Positions 26,368 to 35,166 of a stretch of 64,000 nt of DNA are shown piece after piece; within the stretch, counting starts at the first letter, position 1, and the number at the start of each line of letters is the position of its first letter. The notes under the pieces are model-generated. The model searched no databases, had not been told where the DNA came from, and was given only the letters and a program-made list of their open reading frames with translations. The stretch covers positions 146,563-210,562 of the forward strand of contig LURR01000012.1 of the NCBI GenBank assembly GCA_001628485.1, given 5' to 3'. The translations under genes and the position numbers were made by a program. This DNA comes from Marine group II euryarchaeote REDSEA-S11_B3N4. GTDB taxonomy: Archaea; Thermoplasmatota; Poseidoniia; Poseidoniales; Thalassarchaeaceae.

Positions 26368-29286
26368 TCATTTTGTACATGCTCTCTCGATATGCCTTGA
26401 AACTACCTCGACACTTGGTATGGTGTGGTCCTCAAGTGTTGGTGAGAAAGGGACAGGAGTATCCAATGCTCCAATCACTACGGGGGGGGTTTCTAACCTC
26501 CAAAACGACTCTTCGATAATCCTGCTCGAGACTGTATGGCCAAAACCACCAGTCCACTGGGACTCTTGCAGAACGATTAGTCTACCAGTCTTGAGAACCG
26601 AGTTGATACATGTCCCAGAGTCTAAGGGAACGAGAGTTCTCAGATCCACAACTTCGACTTCAATCCCCCTATTCGACACACTCTCTGCTGCATCAAGAGC
26701 AACGTGTACCATGGCACCCCAGGTGACAATTGTGAGATCTGCGCCCCCCCTGACTACTATTGCCTTGCCAATCGAACTATCTCCATTTTCTAGCCTATTC
26801 ATTACAGCCTCTGTATCCACTATTTGATTGATTGATTTGCCCCAGCCAGTTATGCCTCCTCTAAGTCCATACAGCCCAATATGCTCTAGATAGACAACAG
26901 GATCTGGAAGATGGTGTGACTCAATAAGCAGGTCATAAGCATCCTGAGGATTACTTGGAGTCACAATGATCAATCCTGGATCATTTGTAAGCCATGATTC
27001 AATCATGTTAGCATGAAATGGCCCACTCCTAGTCTTCGCTCCTAGTGGAATTCGCACTGTCATAGGTACCTCTGCACCCCATCTCCATCTCAACTGGGCC
27101 GCATTGTTGACTAGAGGGTTCATTGCTAGTGCTGCAAATCCTCCAAACTGTATCTCTGCAAGTGGCCTCATCCCTCCCAGGGCCGCCCCTGTCGCTGAGT
27201 GGATAATTATGGCCTCAGATAATGGCATATCGAGAAGTTTTGATTGATGACCCTTAGCCTTGAGTCCTAGATTCATTCCGAATGCACCTGCTACTTCCAT
27301 ATCCTCGCCCATGAACACCATTTGATCGCCGAATTGGTCTGCAAGTGCTGCCATTCCATTCTGAATCGCTCTACTGTAACTCCAAGAATTGGGAGCATCG
27401 GAGAACTCTATTGAGAGGCCACCAGAATCTAGACTGGTACTCGAATTAGCTCCTGACCCGTCAATTCTCCGTAGTTGCTTCTCGTGACTTGGTGCGTCCG
27501 AGATTGATGTAACTCCTTTGACAACTGAATTTCCCTCCGGCCATTCCATTTTTTCCAATTGGCTCCTGGCTAACTCCACCTTGCCTTCTTCTTCCATCTG
27601 AATGCGGTTGAGTTTTTGTTCTCCCACTCCGAGTTTAATCAATAACTCCCTATGGTTTGGGAGCGGATCTTTCTCGGACCAGTATCGCAGTAACTCCCTA
27701 TCAACATAACCCGGGGGGTTGCCGCTCGATGCTCCAAGATACAAATCATCATGGTGATGAGCGTGCCCACAACCTCTCATTGTTTCCACGTGGATCAGCG
27801 TTGCTCCGCATCCATCCTTGGCGAACTCCTTAGCAACTGCAGTAGATGCATAGAATAGCGCTGGATCAGATCCATCAATAGTCCAGGCGGGGATCCCCAT
27901 CGCATGCCCTTTGTCACCGAATGTCTCTGCTCCTGATTGAGCAGAATTGATTGTATCAAGTGCTATCTGATTATTCTGAATCATGAAGCAAATCGGCAAA
28001 CCACGAACCCCAGCGAAATTCATTGCCTCCCAGAACTCTCCGCTACTGCTACAACCCTCTCCTACAGGGGCTAAGTGGAATCTACTAACTCCTAGCCTAC
28101 TTGCAGCCAGTGCCACTCCCGTGGTTGTTGCACTTGCAATAGGCAATGGTGCAGTAGGAGGCAGGATTCCTTTCTCCCAGTTTCCAATATGCAGGTCTCT
28201 ACCGCCGCTTCCTTGAATTCCACCGTCCATGTAGGACTCTGCCTTGCCCATTTGGGCAGAAAAAACCTCGAGCGGGGTCTGTCCCATTGCAAGTGCTAGG
28301 CCCATATCTCTAATCATTGGGGCTACAATGTCTGCATTGTGACGGTTTTCTTCCGGCAAATCAACTGCACGCGTCATAGCTGTTGCACAAGCCACCACTC
28401 CTTCCTGCCAGGTTGATCTGAAACCCTTTCCACCAAAACTACCTCCATCCGGGGTGGGCAAACCATTCGTAAAGAGGTCCTTCAACTCCTCATCCACTAA
28501 CCTAGTCCGAATCATTCGCCTCTGCCATTCTATTCTATTTTCCACAGTAATCGAAGCATAATGTGCAATTCTTCTCATGCAAAGTGTCAGATCAATTAGC
28601 AGTCTCTCCAATCTCCTTTTTAGGAACACTTCACCCTGCCTCATCGGTATGATTTCTGATTTCACGAGCCCATATAGTTCGGGCTCTAACGTCCTTTCCA
28701 GGTATCTTTCCTCAACTACTCTCATGAATTCCTTAGAGAATTCATGAAACTCTTCCCCGGTCATTTTCTCTTTACATTTCATTGAATCCCAACATTCCGA
28801 AACAGAATTTAGATGCCCATCGTGTCTCTCTGCTACAAATTCTAGCAAACTTTTCTTGGCTCTTTTTGACTTCAGCTTTGATGGAAAAGTCAATGCATTT
28901 GGAGGAATCCACCCTACTCCCCAAATTTTAGGAAAATTAGACTGCAGCTCCTCATTTTCATCATTATTTACGGCTGCGACGGAATCTGCAATAGCACCCT
29001 CATTCCTTCTTCGCGCCTCTTCTTCTAGAGCTGCCCAATCCCCTGGATTCCTTTCCCAAATTTCCACATTTCGCAGTCTACCCTTCCCTGAAGCAGACCT
29101 ATCGAGGGTCGTTCGAACCCTTTTCCCACATCCCGTGCACTTACGATCTAATTTTTTTGACTTATGTGACCTAGTCTTCCAGGTTTGGTGAAGTTGGCAT
29201 TCTGGACACTTCCAAACTCCTACTCTCGCCATATTGTTTTGAATTACGAATGAGCCTAGTACAACAATATTGGCCTGGATTTTCAA
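26368..29286 (-). CDS. Fused TPP-dependent 2-oxoacid dehydrogenase E1 alpha+beta subunits with a ~200-aa N-terminal Zn-ribbon-containing extension
   Basis: N-terminus CPECQ...CTGCGK (Cys4 ribbon). E1-alpha core (GDGATNQG-like GEGCSSSGEFWEAMNFAGVRGLPICFMIQNNQIA; TMRGCGHAHHHDD). E1-beta core (LDMPLSEAIIIHSATGAALGGMRPLAEIQFGGF; C-terminal transketolase-C-like domain). Confidence 0.75.
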   Translation of the reverse strand: MKIQANIVVLGSFVIQNNMARVGVWKCPECQLHQTWKTRSHKSKKLDRKCTGCGKRVRTTLDRSASGKGRLRNVEIWERNPGDWAALEEEARRRNEGAIADSVAAVNNDENEELQSNFPKIWGVGWIPPNALTFPSKLKSKRAKKSLLEFVAERHDGHLNSVSECWDSMKCKEKMTGEEFHEFSKEFMRVVEERYLERTLEPELYGLVKSEIIPMRQGEVFLKRRLERLLIDLTLCMRRIAHYASITVENRIEWQRRMIRTRLVDEELKDLFTNGLPTPDGGSFGGKGFRSTWQEGVVACATAMTRAVDLPEENRHNADIVAPMIRDMGLALAMGQTPLEVFSAQMGKAESYMDGGIQGSGGRDLHIGNWEKGILPPTAPLPIASATTTGVALAASRLGVSRFHLAPVGEGCSSSGEFWEAMNFAGVRGLPICFMIQNNQIALDTINSAQSGAETFGDKGHAMGIPAWTIDGSDPALFYASTAVAKEFAKDGCGATLIHVETMRGCGHAHHHDDLYLGASSGNPPGYVDRELLRYWSEKDPLPNHRELLIKLGVGEQKLNRIQMEEEGKVELARSQLEKMEWPEGNSVVKGVTSISDAPSHEKQLRRIDGSGANSSTSLDSGGLSIEFSDAPNSWSYSRAIQNGMAALADQFGDQMVFMGEDMEVAGAFGMNLGLKAKGHQSKLLDMPLSEAIIIHSATGAALGGMRPLAEIQFGGFAALAMNPLVNNAAQLRWRWGAEVPMTVRIPLGAKTRSGPFHANMIESWLTNDPGLIIVTPSNPQDAYDLLIESHHLPDPVVYLEHIGLYGLRGGITGWGKSINQIVDTEAVMNRLENGDSSIGKAIVVRGGADLTIVTWGAMVHVALDAAESVSNRGIEVEVVDLRTLVPLDSGTCINSVLKTGRLIVLQESQWTGGFGHTVSSRIIEESFWRLETPPVVIGALDTPVPFSPTLEDHTIPSVEVVSRHIERACTK

Positions 29287-29463
29287 ACTTTACCACAATT
29301 AGTAATATTATGTGGTGTTAGATAATTATAGATGGAATTATTACCATAATTAAAAAGGATATTATGTATATATTCACCACATATATTGAATAAATATTAG
29401 ATTAAACAATATTTATGGATAATTACCATAATAAAAAGTCATACTATGATGATATATGCCACA
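29287..29463. repeat. AT-rich (~80% AT) intergenic island with reiterated motifs (ATTACCATAAT(T)AAAAAG x2; CCACA(A/T) x4 including an inverted copy)
   Basis: Direct reading of sequence. Flanking coding DNA is ~50% GC. Lies between two convergently arranged minus-strand genes, upstream of the E1 fusion start. Confidence 0.5.
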
Positions 29464-30630
29464 TTAATATTTGACAACGTTAGGATCTACCTCATCCGAC
29501 CAGGCATTTATACCTCCCAATAGGTTGTAAATCATGCCATTGAACAATCCGGAATCCACAATGAACCTGGCTACGGCATCAGACCTCTGTCCACTTCGGC
29601 AATAAACTACAATATCGCCTTGCGAGGGCAGCTCTTCCAATCTGGAAGGTATTTCTAGATGCATTATTCTAGAATCAGTGCCCTCAATTGACGAGATTTG
29701 TTCTTCATGGGACCTTCTAACATCTAGTAGGAATGGGGCCCAACCCTTATTTCTTCTTTCGGCGAATTCCTTAGCACCTATCTCAGAAAACCCCTTCTCT
29801 TGCTTCTCAGAGAGAGATGTTACCTTTTCTCGATCGGCGTTCAAGGAAAACTCAAGTTTCCTGAAATCCATGGTCAAGGCATCGATTACTAGCAATTCTC
29901 CGGACAGACAGTTTCCAATACCAAGAATGATTTTAATCGCCTCGGTAGCTTGGATAGTTCCGACAATTCCTGGGAGAATTCCAAGAACTCCTGCCTCCGA
30001 GCAATTTGGCGCTAATTCTGGTGGTGGAGGCGATGGAAACAAATCCCGGTAGTTGGGGCCGTCCTTGAAATTGAATGATGAAACCTGTCCCTCAAATCTG
30101 TGAATACTACCAAAAATCCACGGTTTACCCAGAATCTCACATGAGTCACCAATCAGATATCGCGACTCAAAATTGTCTGTACCGTCAATAACCACGTCAT
30201 ATTTGGAAATTATCTCAATCGAATTTTCACTAGTTAGTTTCTCTTCAATTTCCTCTATCACTATATCTGGATTTAACTCAGAAATCCGATTCGATGCAGA
30301 CTTAACTTTCGCACTTCCGATTGAAGAAGTACTGTGAATTATCTGCCTCTGCAAATTCGATGAACTTACTTTATCATTGTCAACAATTCCGATTCTGCCC
30401 ACACCAGCAGCGGCCAAGTACATCAATGCTGGAGATCCAAGACCCCCTGCTCCTACAACAAGAACTGATGATTTCAGCAATTTCTCCTGTCCCTCAGAAC
30501 CAACATCCGGAAGGACCAGGTGTCGAGCATATCTCTCCCTTTGTTCCGGACTAAGATGGCGCGACATTGTCGTTGTGAAAGGGAGTCCAATCAAGGTACC
30601 TTCGGTCCTCAATCTTGCTCTTCCAACCAT
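29464..30630 (-). CDS. moeB: MoeB/ThiF-type E1-like adenylyltransferase fused to a C-terminal rhodanese domain (MOCS3-like sulfur carrier activating enzyme)
   Basis: ThiF nucleotide-binding VLVVGAGGLGSPALMYLAAAGVGRIGIVDNDKV...SNLQRQ. C-terminal rhodanese with active-site VVYCRSGQRS. Confidence 0.85.
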   Translation of the reverse strand: MVGRARLRTEGTLIGLPFTTTMSRHLSPEQRERYARHLVLPDVGSEGQEKLLKSSVLVVGAGGLGSPALMYLAAAGVGRIGIVDNDKVSSSNLQRQIIHSTSSIGSAKVKSASNRISELNPDIVIEEIEEKLTSENSIEIISKYDVVIDGTDNFESRYLIGDSCEILGKPWIFGSIHRFEGQVSSFNFKDGPNYRDLFPSPPPPELAPNCSEAGVLGILPGIVGTIQATEAIKIILGIGNCLSGELLVIDALTMDFRKLEFSLNADREKVTSLSEKQEKGFSEIGAKEFAERRNKGWAPFLLDVRRSHEEQISSIEGTDSRIMHLEIPSRLEELPSQGDIVVYCRSGQRSDAVARFIVDSGLFNGMIYNLLGGINAWSDEVDPNVVKY

Positions 30631-31538
30631 TTTTCTGCATCAATCGCAGCTTGGCACCCCATGCCAGCAGCCGTAATCGCTTGACGATACCTTTTGTCGA
30701 CAACATCCCCTGCAGCAAAAACTCCAGGAACCTCAGTCATTGTATTCTCCTTGTGGACTATGTATCCCTCGGAGTCAGTCTCAATCTGGTCTTCGAGGAA
30801 TTCAGTAATTGGTTTGTGACCTATGGCAATAAATGCACCAGCGCAACTAATCTCCTCCTCCGATCCATCTCGTGGATCCTCCAGTAAAGCCCCAGTAAGG
30901 CCTTGCTCGCCTGCAATCCATTTTTTCACTTGCCTAAATGGCTTGATTTCTATTTTAGGATGCTTCTCTGCTCTTTCGTACATTACCTTTGACGCCTTGA
31001 ACACATCTCTCCGGTGGATGACAGTAACCTTACTCGCAAACCTAGTCAGGAAAGTAGCCTCTTCCATTGCTGAATCGCCTCCTCCAACAACAATGATTTC
31101 CTCGTCTCGGAAGAAAGCTCCATCACATGTGGCACATGTGGAAATCCCACGTCCTTTCTGCTCCTCCTCACCCTCTGCTCCAAGCCAAATTGCTTCTGCA
31201 CCTGTGCAAATAATCAGTGAATGAGCCCTGAATTCCTCTCCTTCGACCCAGACTCGAAAGGGTCGTTCGGAAAGATCGACTCTTTCGACGTTCTTGTCAT
31301 GAACCTCCAAACCGAACCTTTCGGCTTGCTCCCTCATATCGATCATCATTTCAGGCCCGCCAATTCCCTTGGGGTATCCGGGGAAATTCTCAACATCTGA
31401 TGTTAGCATCAGTTGACCCCCGGACATGTAACCAGCGAACATCAATGGATCCAGCAGGGCTCTAGCCGTGTATAGGCCTGCAGTGTATCCCGCAGGGCCA
31501 GAACCAACAATGATTACACTTCTGACTTCCTCTCCCAT
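30609..31538 (-). CDS. trxB: Thioredoxin-disulfide reductase
   Basis: FAD motif IIVGSGPAGYTAGLY, redox CATCDGAFF, NADPH motif VVGGGDSAMEEA. Confidence 0.85.
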   Translation of the reverse strand: MGEEVRSVIIVGSGPAGYTAGLYTARALLDPLMFAGYMSGGQLMLTSDVENFPGYPKGIGGPEMMIDMREQAERFGLEVHDKNVERVDLSERPFRVWVEGEEFRAHSLIICTGAEAIWLGAEGEEEQKGRGISTCATCDGAFFRDEEIIVVGGGDSAMEEATFLTRFASKVTVIHRRDVFKASKVMYERAEKHPKIEIKPFRQVKKWIAGEQGLTGALLEDPRDGSEEEISCAGAFIAIGHKPITEFLEDQIETDSEGYIVHKENTMTEVPGVFAAGDVVDKRYRQAITAAGMGCQAAIDAEKWLEEQD

Positions 31539-31649
31539 AGGTTACCGAGGTGTAAGGCATCCTTTGAATCTTGACAGTCAGAAATCCCGCTCGATTTTGA
31601 TAAAATAGAGAAAGAAATCGTAATATAACAACCATCAAGCGATTGATAT

Positions 31650-31970
31650 ATGCCAAAATACATGTATTCTGGAAACTACACTAAGGAAGGTGCCGCTGGC
31701 CTACTAAAAGACGGGGGCAAGGCAAGAAAGGAAGAAGCGATGAGGATAGTTGAAGCCATGGGAGGGTCACTAGAAGCCTACTATTGGTCGTTCGGCGAGA
31801 TGGATTTCATGATGATTGCCGATATCCCCCAGGCAATGGCAGTGAAGTTCTCTCTCCACGTCGGAGCATCTGGAGTCTTCAATGGAAAGCTGACACCTCT
31901 CATCACCGTAGAGGATATGGACCAAGCCACTTCGACTGAATTGCCTTCTATGAGCCTTCCCGGCGAGTGA
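31650..31970 (+). CDS. GYD-domain protein
   Basis: MPKYMYSGNYTKEGAAGLLKDGG...GGSLEAYYWSFGEMDFMMIADIP matches the GYD family pattern (~100 aa). Confidence 0.6.
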   Translation: MPKYMYSGNYTKEGAAGLLKDGGKARKEEAMRIVEAMGGSLEAYYWSFGEMDFMMIADIPQAMAVKFSLHVGASGVFNGKLTPLITVEDMDQATSTELPSMSLPGE

Positions 31971-31979
31971 AACCTTCTC

Positions 31980-32375
31980 TCACTCAGACATTGCCGCTAC
32001 TGCGCCAACCGCCGATCGGGCATGAGGCTCAAGTCGCGGCTCGATATGCTCCGGCTCCGCCCCTGGACCTATGATCCCCAATCCTATTGGCTTGTTATGC
32101 TTGATTTGAAGTTCGATCACGGACTTGGTGACCGACTGCCCCATCACTAGGCCATGGTCAGTCTCCCCCCTCTCGATAATTCCCAACACTACTGCCCCTT
32201 GTACTTCGGTACTCTGGAGCATCCTATCTATTGCCAGGGGGGCTTCCATCGATCCAGGCACCCATACGACTTCAGAAACTTCCCAATTTTTCGAAACAGC
32301 CTCATCAATCGCATATTTCAGCATCCTCTCAACTTGTTCCCTGTGGAAAGAACCGCAGACAATACCTAGATTCAA
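31980..32375 (-). CDS. ribH: 6,7-dimethyl-8-ribityllumazine synthase (or archaeal RibC-like paralogue)
   Basis: ~130-aa flavodoxin-like lumazine-synthase-size protein, directly downstream of and co-directional with ribE. LGIVCGSFHREQVERML resembles the RibH N-terminal strand/helix. Confidence 0.55.
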   Translation of the reverse strand: MNLGIVCGSFHREQVERMLKYAIDEAVSKNWEVSEVVWVPGSMEAPLAIDRMLQSTEVQGAVVLGIIERGETDHGLVMGQSVTKSVIELQIKHNKPIGLGIIGPGAEPEHIEPRLEPHARSAVGAVAAMSE

Positions 32376-32974
32376 GATTCAACACCCATTCTCATCATTG
32401 CCTCTACCACTGCCTGTGTCCTAGAGTCTATCTCTATGTTAACCAAATCTCCCTCAGATTTATTCCCAATGCTCGTTATCCTGAGTGTCTCAGGGATTAT
32501 GTGCAGGAAGAAACCGCCTTCATCGCATTTTCCTACCGTCAGAGACATCCCATCAACTGCGATGTAACCCTTCTCTAGAACAAATTGGTCACACCCTTCT
32601 GGAATGGAGATCAGGAAATCAACTCCATCCCCCACCTCTTCTCTTTTCAGAATCTCTGCTGTACCAATAATGTGTCCTGAGAGGATGTGACCGCCCAACT
32701 CATCTCCAAGACGTAGCGATCTTTCCACATTCAGCAAATCTCCAACCCGCCTTTTGGAAAGCGTAGTTCTGCTCAATGTCTCATAAATCGCATCAAATGA
32801 GACTATCCCGTTATCTAAACTCACCACCGTCATACAAACTCCGTCTAAAGACACGCTTGCACCTATTTCCAGACCAGTATCGAATCCGTTTAGATCCACA
32901 GAAAATGTACGTACTGAATCGTCACCACCAATCTCCACTATGGGAGCAGTTCCTGCAACAATTCCGGTAAACAT
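32372..32974 (-). CDS. ribE: Riboflavin synthase alpha chain, eubacterial type
   Basis: MFTGIVAGTAPIV N-terminal signature and duplicated lumazine-binding halves (second half HILSGHIIGTAEI), 200 aa. Confidence 0.8.
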   Translation of the reverse strand: MFTGIVAGTAPIVEIGGDDSVRTFSVDLNGFDTGLEIGASVSLDGVCMTVVSLDNGIVSFDAIYETLSRTTLSKRRVGDLLNVERSLRLGDELGGHILSGHIIGTAEILKREEVGDGVDFLISIPEGCDQFVLEKGYIAVDGMSLTVGKCDEGGFFLHIIPETLRITSIGNKSEGDLVNIEIDSRTQAVVEAMMRMGVES

Positions 32975-32975
32975 C

Positions 32976-33473
32976 CTAATCTTCCTCGTAAGGTCCGCCC
33001 TCTGTTCCGGGCCACAGATCCAGGATTCTTGCGATAATCTTCCTGGTCCCGTCTAGATCGTCAGATAGTCCTTCTACCCGTGTCACTTCTACGTGTTCGA
33101 AACCATGTTTATCCAATCCTTTCCTAATTGCATCGATAGAGTGCTTCTGGTCATACCCTAGTGCGATTAAACCCGGATTTATCTGCTTTAGAATCTCGAA
33201 AATAGGAACCCCGGGGGGGTTTCCAATTATTGCCTTGTCCACCGGTTTCAGGCCTTCTACCATCCTTCTCCTTAAGTCCTGACCTGTCACTGGCTCGTGC
33301 TTCTGCTTTCTCACCGTTTCATCATGCGCGATTACGACAACTAGCTCCTCTCCAAGCGATTTCGCTTGCTCTACATAGTGCAGATGGCCTGCATGTAGTA
33401 GATCGAAGATACCGACTGCCATCACCCTAGTCATCATCCATCCTCCTCTGATGCCTCGCCTAATCTTTTTCAT
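32976..33473 (-). CDS. ribL: Archaeal FAD synthetase (RibL-type cytidylyltransferase-fold nucleotidyltransferase)
   Basis: VMAVGIFDLLHAGHLHYVEQAK ((H/T)xGH nucleotidyltransferase motif), ~150-aa core, in the riboflavin cluster. Confidence 0.6.
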   Translation of the reverse strand: MKKIRRGIRGGWMMTRVMAVGIFDLLHAGHLHYVEQAKSLGEELVVVIAHDETVRKQKHEPVTGQDLRRRMVEGLKPVDKAIIGNPPGVPIFEILKQINPGLIALGYDQKHSIDAIRKGLDKHGFEHVEVTRVEGLSDDLDGTRKIIARILDLWPGTEGGPYEED

Positions 33474-34191
33474 TGAAAATTTTAGAAATCTGCTCGCCGG
33501 TTATCATCGGAATCCCATGCCTTTTCGCGTATGTTCTCGCACCTTCCACCGACAGAGCGCCGTCTCCATCCGGTTCGAGCATCTCTGCTCCGATCGTGCA
33601 AGCCGTCAAACCAGCCAATCTCGCAATTGAAACGGCAAGCTCTGTATGGCCCTGGCGCGTCTTTAGACCACCGGGAGACTCTCTGCATACGGGGATATGG
33701 CCAGGAGTCCTGAATTCCTTCCCGAGCCTTTCCTTCGCCCTAGCTCCATCTTCCCCTTTTACAATCAGTTCTTCAGATAATTCTCCAAATCTTCTCGTTG
33801 TTAGGGATCTGTCTCTATCTGTAATTCCCGTGTAAGTCTCCCTATGGTTAAGAGAAAGGGTGAATGCCGATCTTGAGTCATACTGGAGGTCATTTGTTAC
33901 TAGATGTCCTAGAACAGGATTTTCTTCCACCAAGGACTTGTGAGAGTGAATGTCTTGTAACCAGGGAAGGCCGAACATTTCTCCAATTTCGTTACCTATG
34001 GCAAGGAACAGGAGGCCCCCACAGTCGTTTCTCAGCCTTCTAATCACTTCTGGAGTCGCTGCTGCTGCATGCCAAAGAAGATCAGTTTCCATCTCTCTGT
34101 AGTCCGAATCGTATATCATCACAGGTCTTCCAGATTTGAAGGCAGATATTGCCTCTCTCACCTCATTGTCCATGTCACGCGGAGGAGTCAT
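33460..34191 (-). CDS. ribB: 3,4-dihydroxy-2-butanone 4-phosphate synthase
   Basis: VMIYDSDYREMETDLLWHAAAATPE...GHTELAVSIARLAGLTACTIGAEML matches RibB. Start set at MTPPRD (ATG ending 34191) to avoid a 100-bp antisense overlap; the long ORF runs to 34320. Confidence 0.75.
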   Translation of the reverse strand: MTPPRDMDNEVREAISAFKSGRPVMIYDSDYREMETDLLWHAAAATPEVIRRLRNDCGGLLFLAIGNEIGEMFGLPWLQDIHSHKSLVEENPVLGHLVTNDLQYDSRSAFTLSLNHRETYTGITDRDRSLTTRRFGELSEELIVKGEDGARAKERLGKEFRTPGHIPVCRESPGGLKTRQGHTELAVSIARLAGLTACTIGAEMLEPDGDGALSVEGARTYAKRHGIPMITGEQISKIFNEKD

Positions 34192-34220
34192 AGATACCCG
34201 ACATTTTCGGTCTAGAAAAA

Positions 34221-35120
34221 GTGATGTCTTCGAGCCCCTCGCATGATCCTGTGAGCGGCTTCTCAGAATCTTCTGCCCCATTGAGGGTGGATTTGGCGGG
34301 AGGATGGACCGATGTTCCACCCTATCCTACAGATTTTGGAGGGGAGGTAGTAAATTTCGCAATAAATCACAGAGTTAGTGTAAAGAAACGTGAGGAAGCG
34401 AAAGATTCTGATTTAGAATTCGACTTCCCAGTTCCTCGTGGTTCTGGCCTGGGAACCAGTTCAGCGATGAACGTTGCACTGGCAGCGCTAAATTCGTCCA
34501 GCCAATTAGAGAACCTCGATGAAATAGCCGAACAGGCATTCCTTTCAGAGTCAAAAGAGAATCGCTGTGGAAGGCAAGATCATTGGGCCTCTGCATTTGG
34601 TGGTTTCAATCACCTTCTGTTTATTGGAGACTCGGTAGAGAGAATGCCCTTCGAGCCTATGAAGTCCTCATTGAATTGGCTGAAGAAGCATCTGGTGATT
34701 GCTTACTCGGGAAGGAGCAGGAATTCAGGGGAAATCCAGGAATCGGTATGGTCCAGTTTCTCAAATGGGGGCGAGGGAGTAATCCAAGGTTTACACAAGA
34801 TAAGGAGTTCCGCGAGAGAAATGGCAAACGGTTTGCAACAGGATAGGAGAGATTTGGTAGTTTCTTCATTGAGGGGAGTCTGCGAGGGAGTCGATATGAT
34901 CGACCCCACTATACACGATCCGTTTCGTGGTGTAATCATGCCTCTGATTGAGTCAGGATCGATTGTGGCTTGGAAGGCGCTAGGGGCCGGTGGAGGGGGG
35001 TGCTCAGCTTTGCTTTGCTCACCTTCTGGCAAGGAATATGCCACTCAGCGCATCGAGGACGAGGGTTGGCAAATTCTGGATTGGGACTTCGATAATCAAG
35101 GGGTACAGCTTACTCGATGA
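34221..35120 (+). CDS. GHMP-family kinase of undetermined substrate
   Basis: APLRVDLAGGWTDVPPY N-terminal motif and GHMP phosphate-binding loop PRGSGLGTSSAMNVALAAL. Not mevalonate or shikimate kinase; both are present elsewhere in the window. Confidence 0.55.
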   Translation: MMSSSPSHDPVSGFSESSAPLRVDLAGGWTDVPPYPTDFGGEVVNFAINHRVSVKKREEAKDSDLEFDFPVPRGSGLGTSSAMNVALAALNSSSQLENLDEIAEQAFLSESKENRCGRQDHWASAFGGFNHLLFIGDSVERMPFEPMKSSLNWLKKHLVIAYSGRSRNSGEIQESVWSSFSNGGEGVIQGLHKIRSSAREMANGLQQDRRDLVVSSLRGVCEGVDMIDPTIHDPFRGVIMPLIESGSIVAWKALGAGGGGCSALLCSPSGKEYATQRIEDEGWQILDWDFDNQGVQLTR

Positions 35121-35166
35121 ATATTGTAGTCCTAAATCTCAAACATGACCATTTGTCCGCGGAACT

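Noticed and set aside
33460-34320. Long form of the ribB ORF overlapping the GHMP kinase gene by ~100 bp
   Set aside because: The first 43 residues are unconserved and basic. The RibB homology begins at the internal Met (MTPPRD), and using it removes the antisense overlap.
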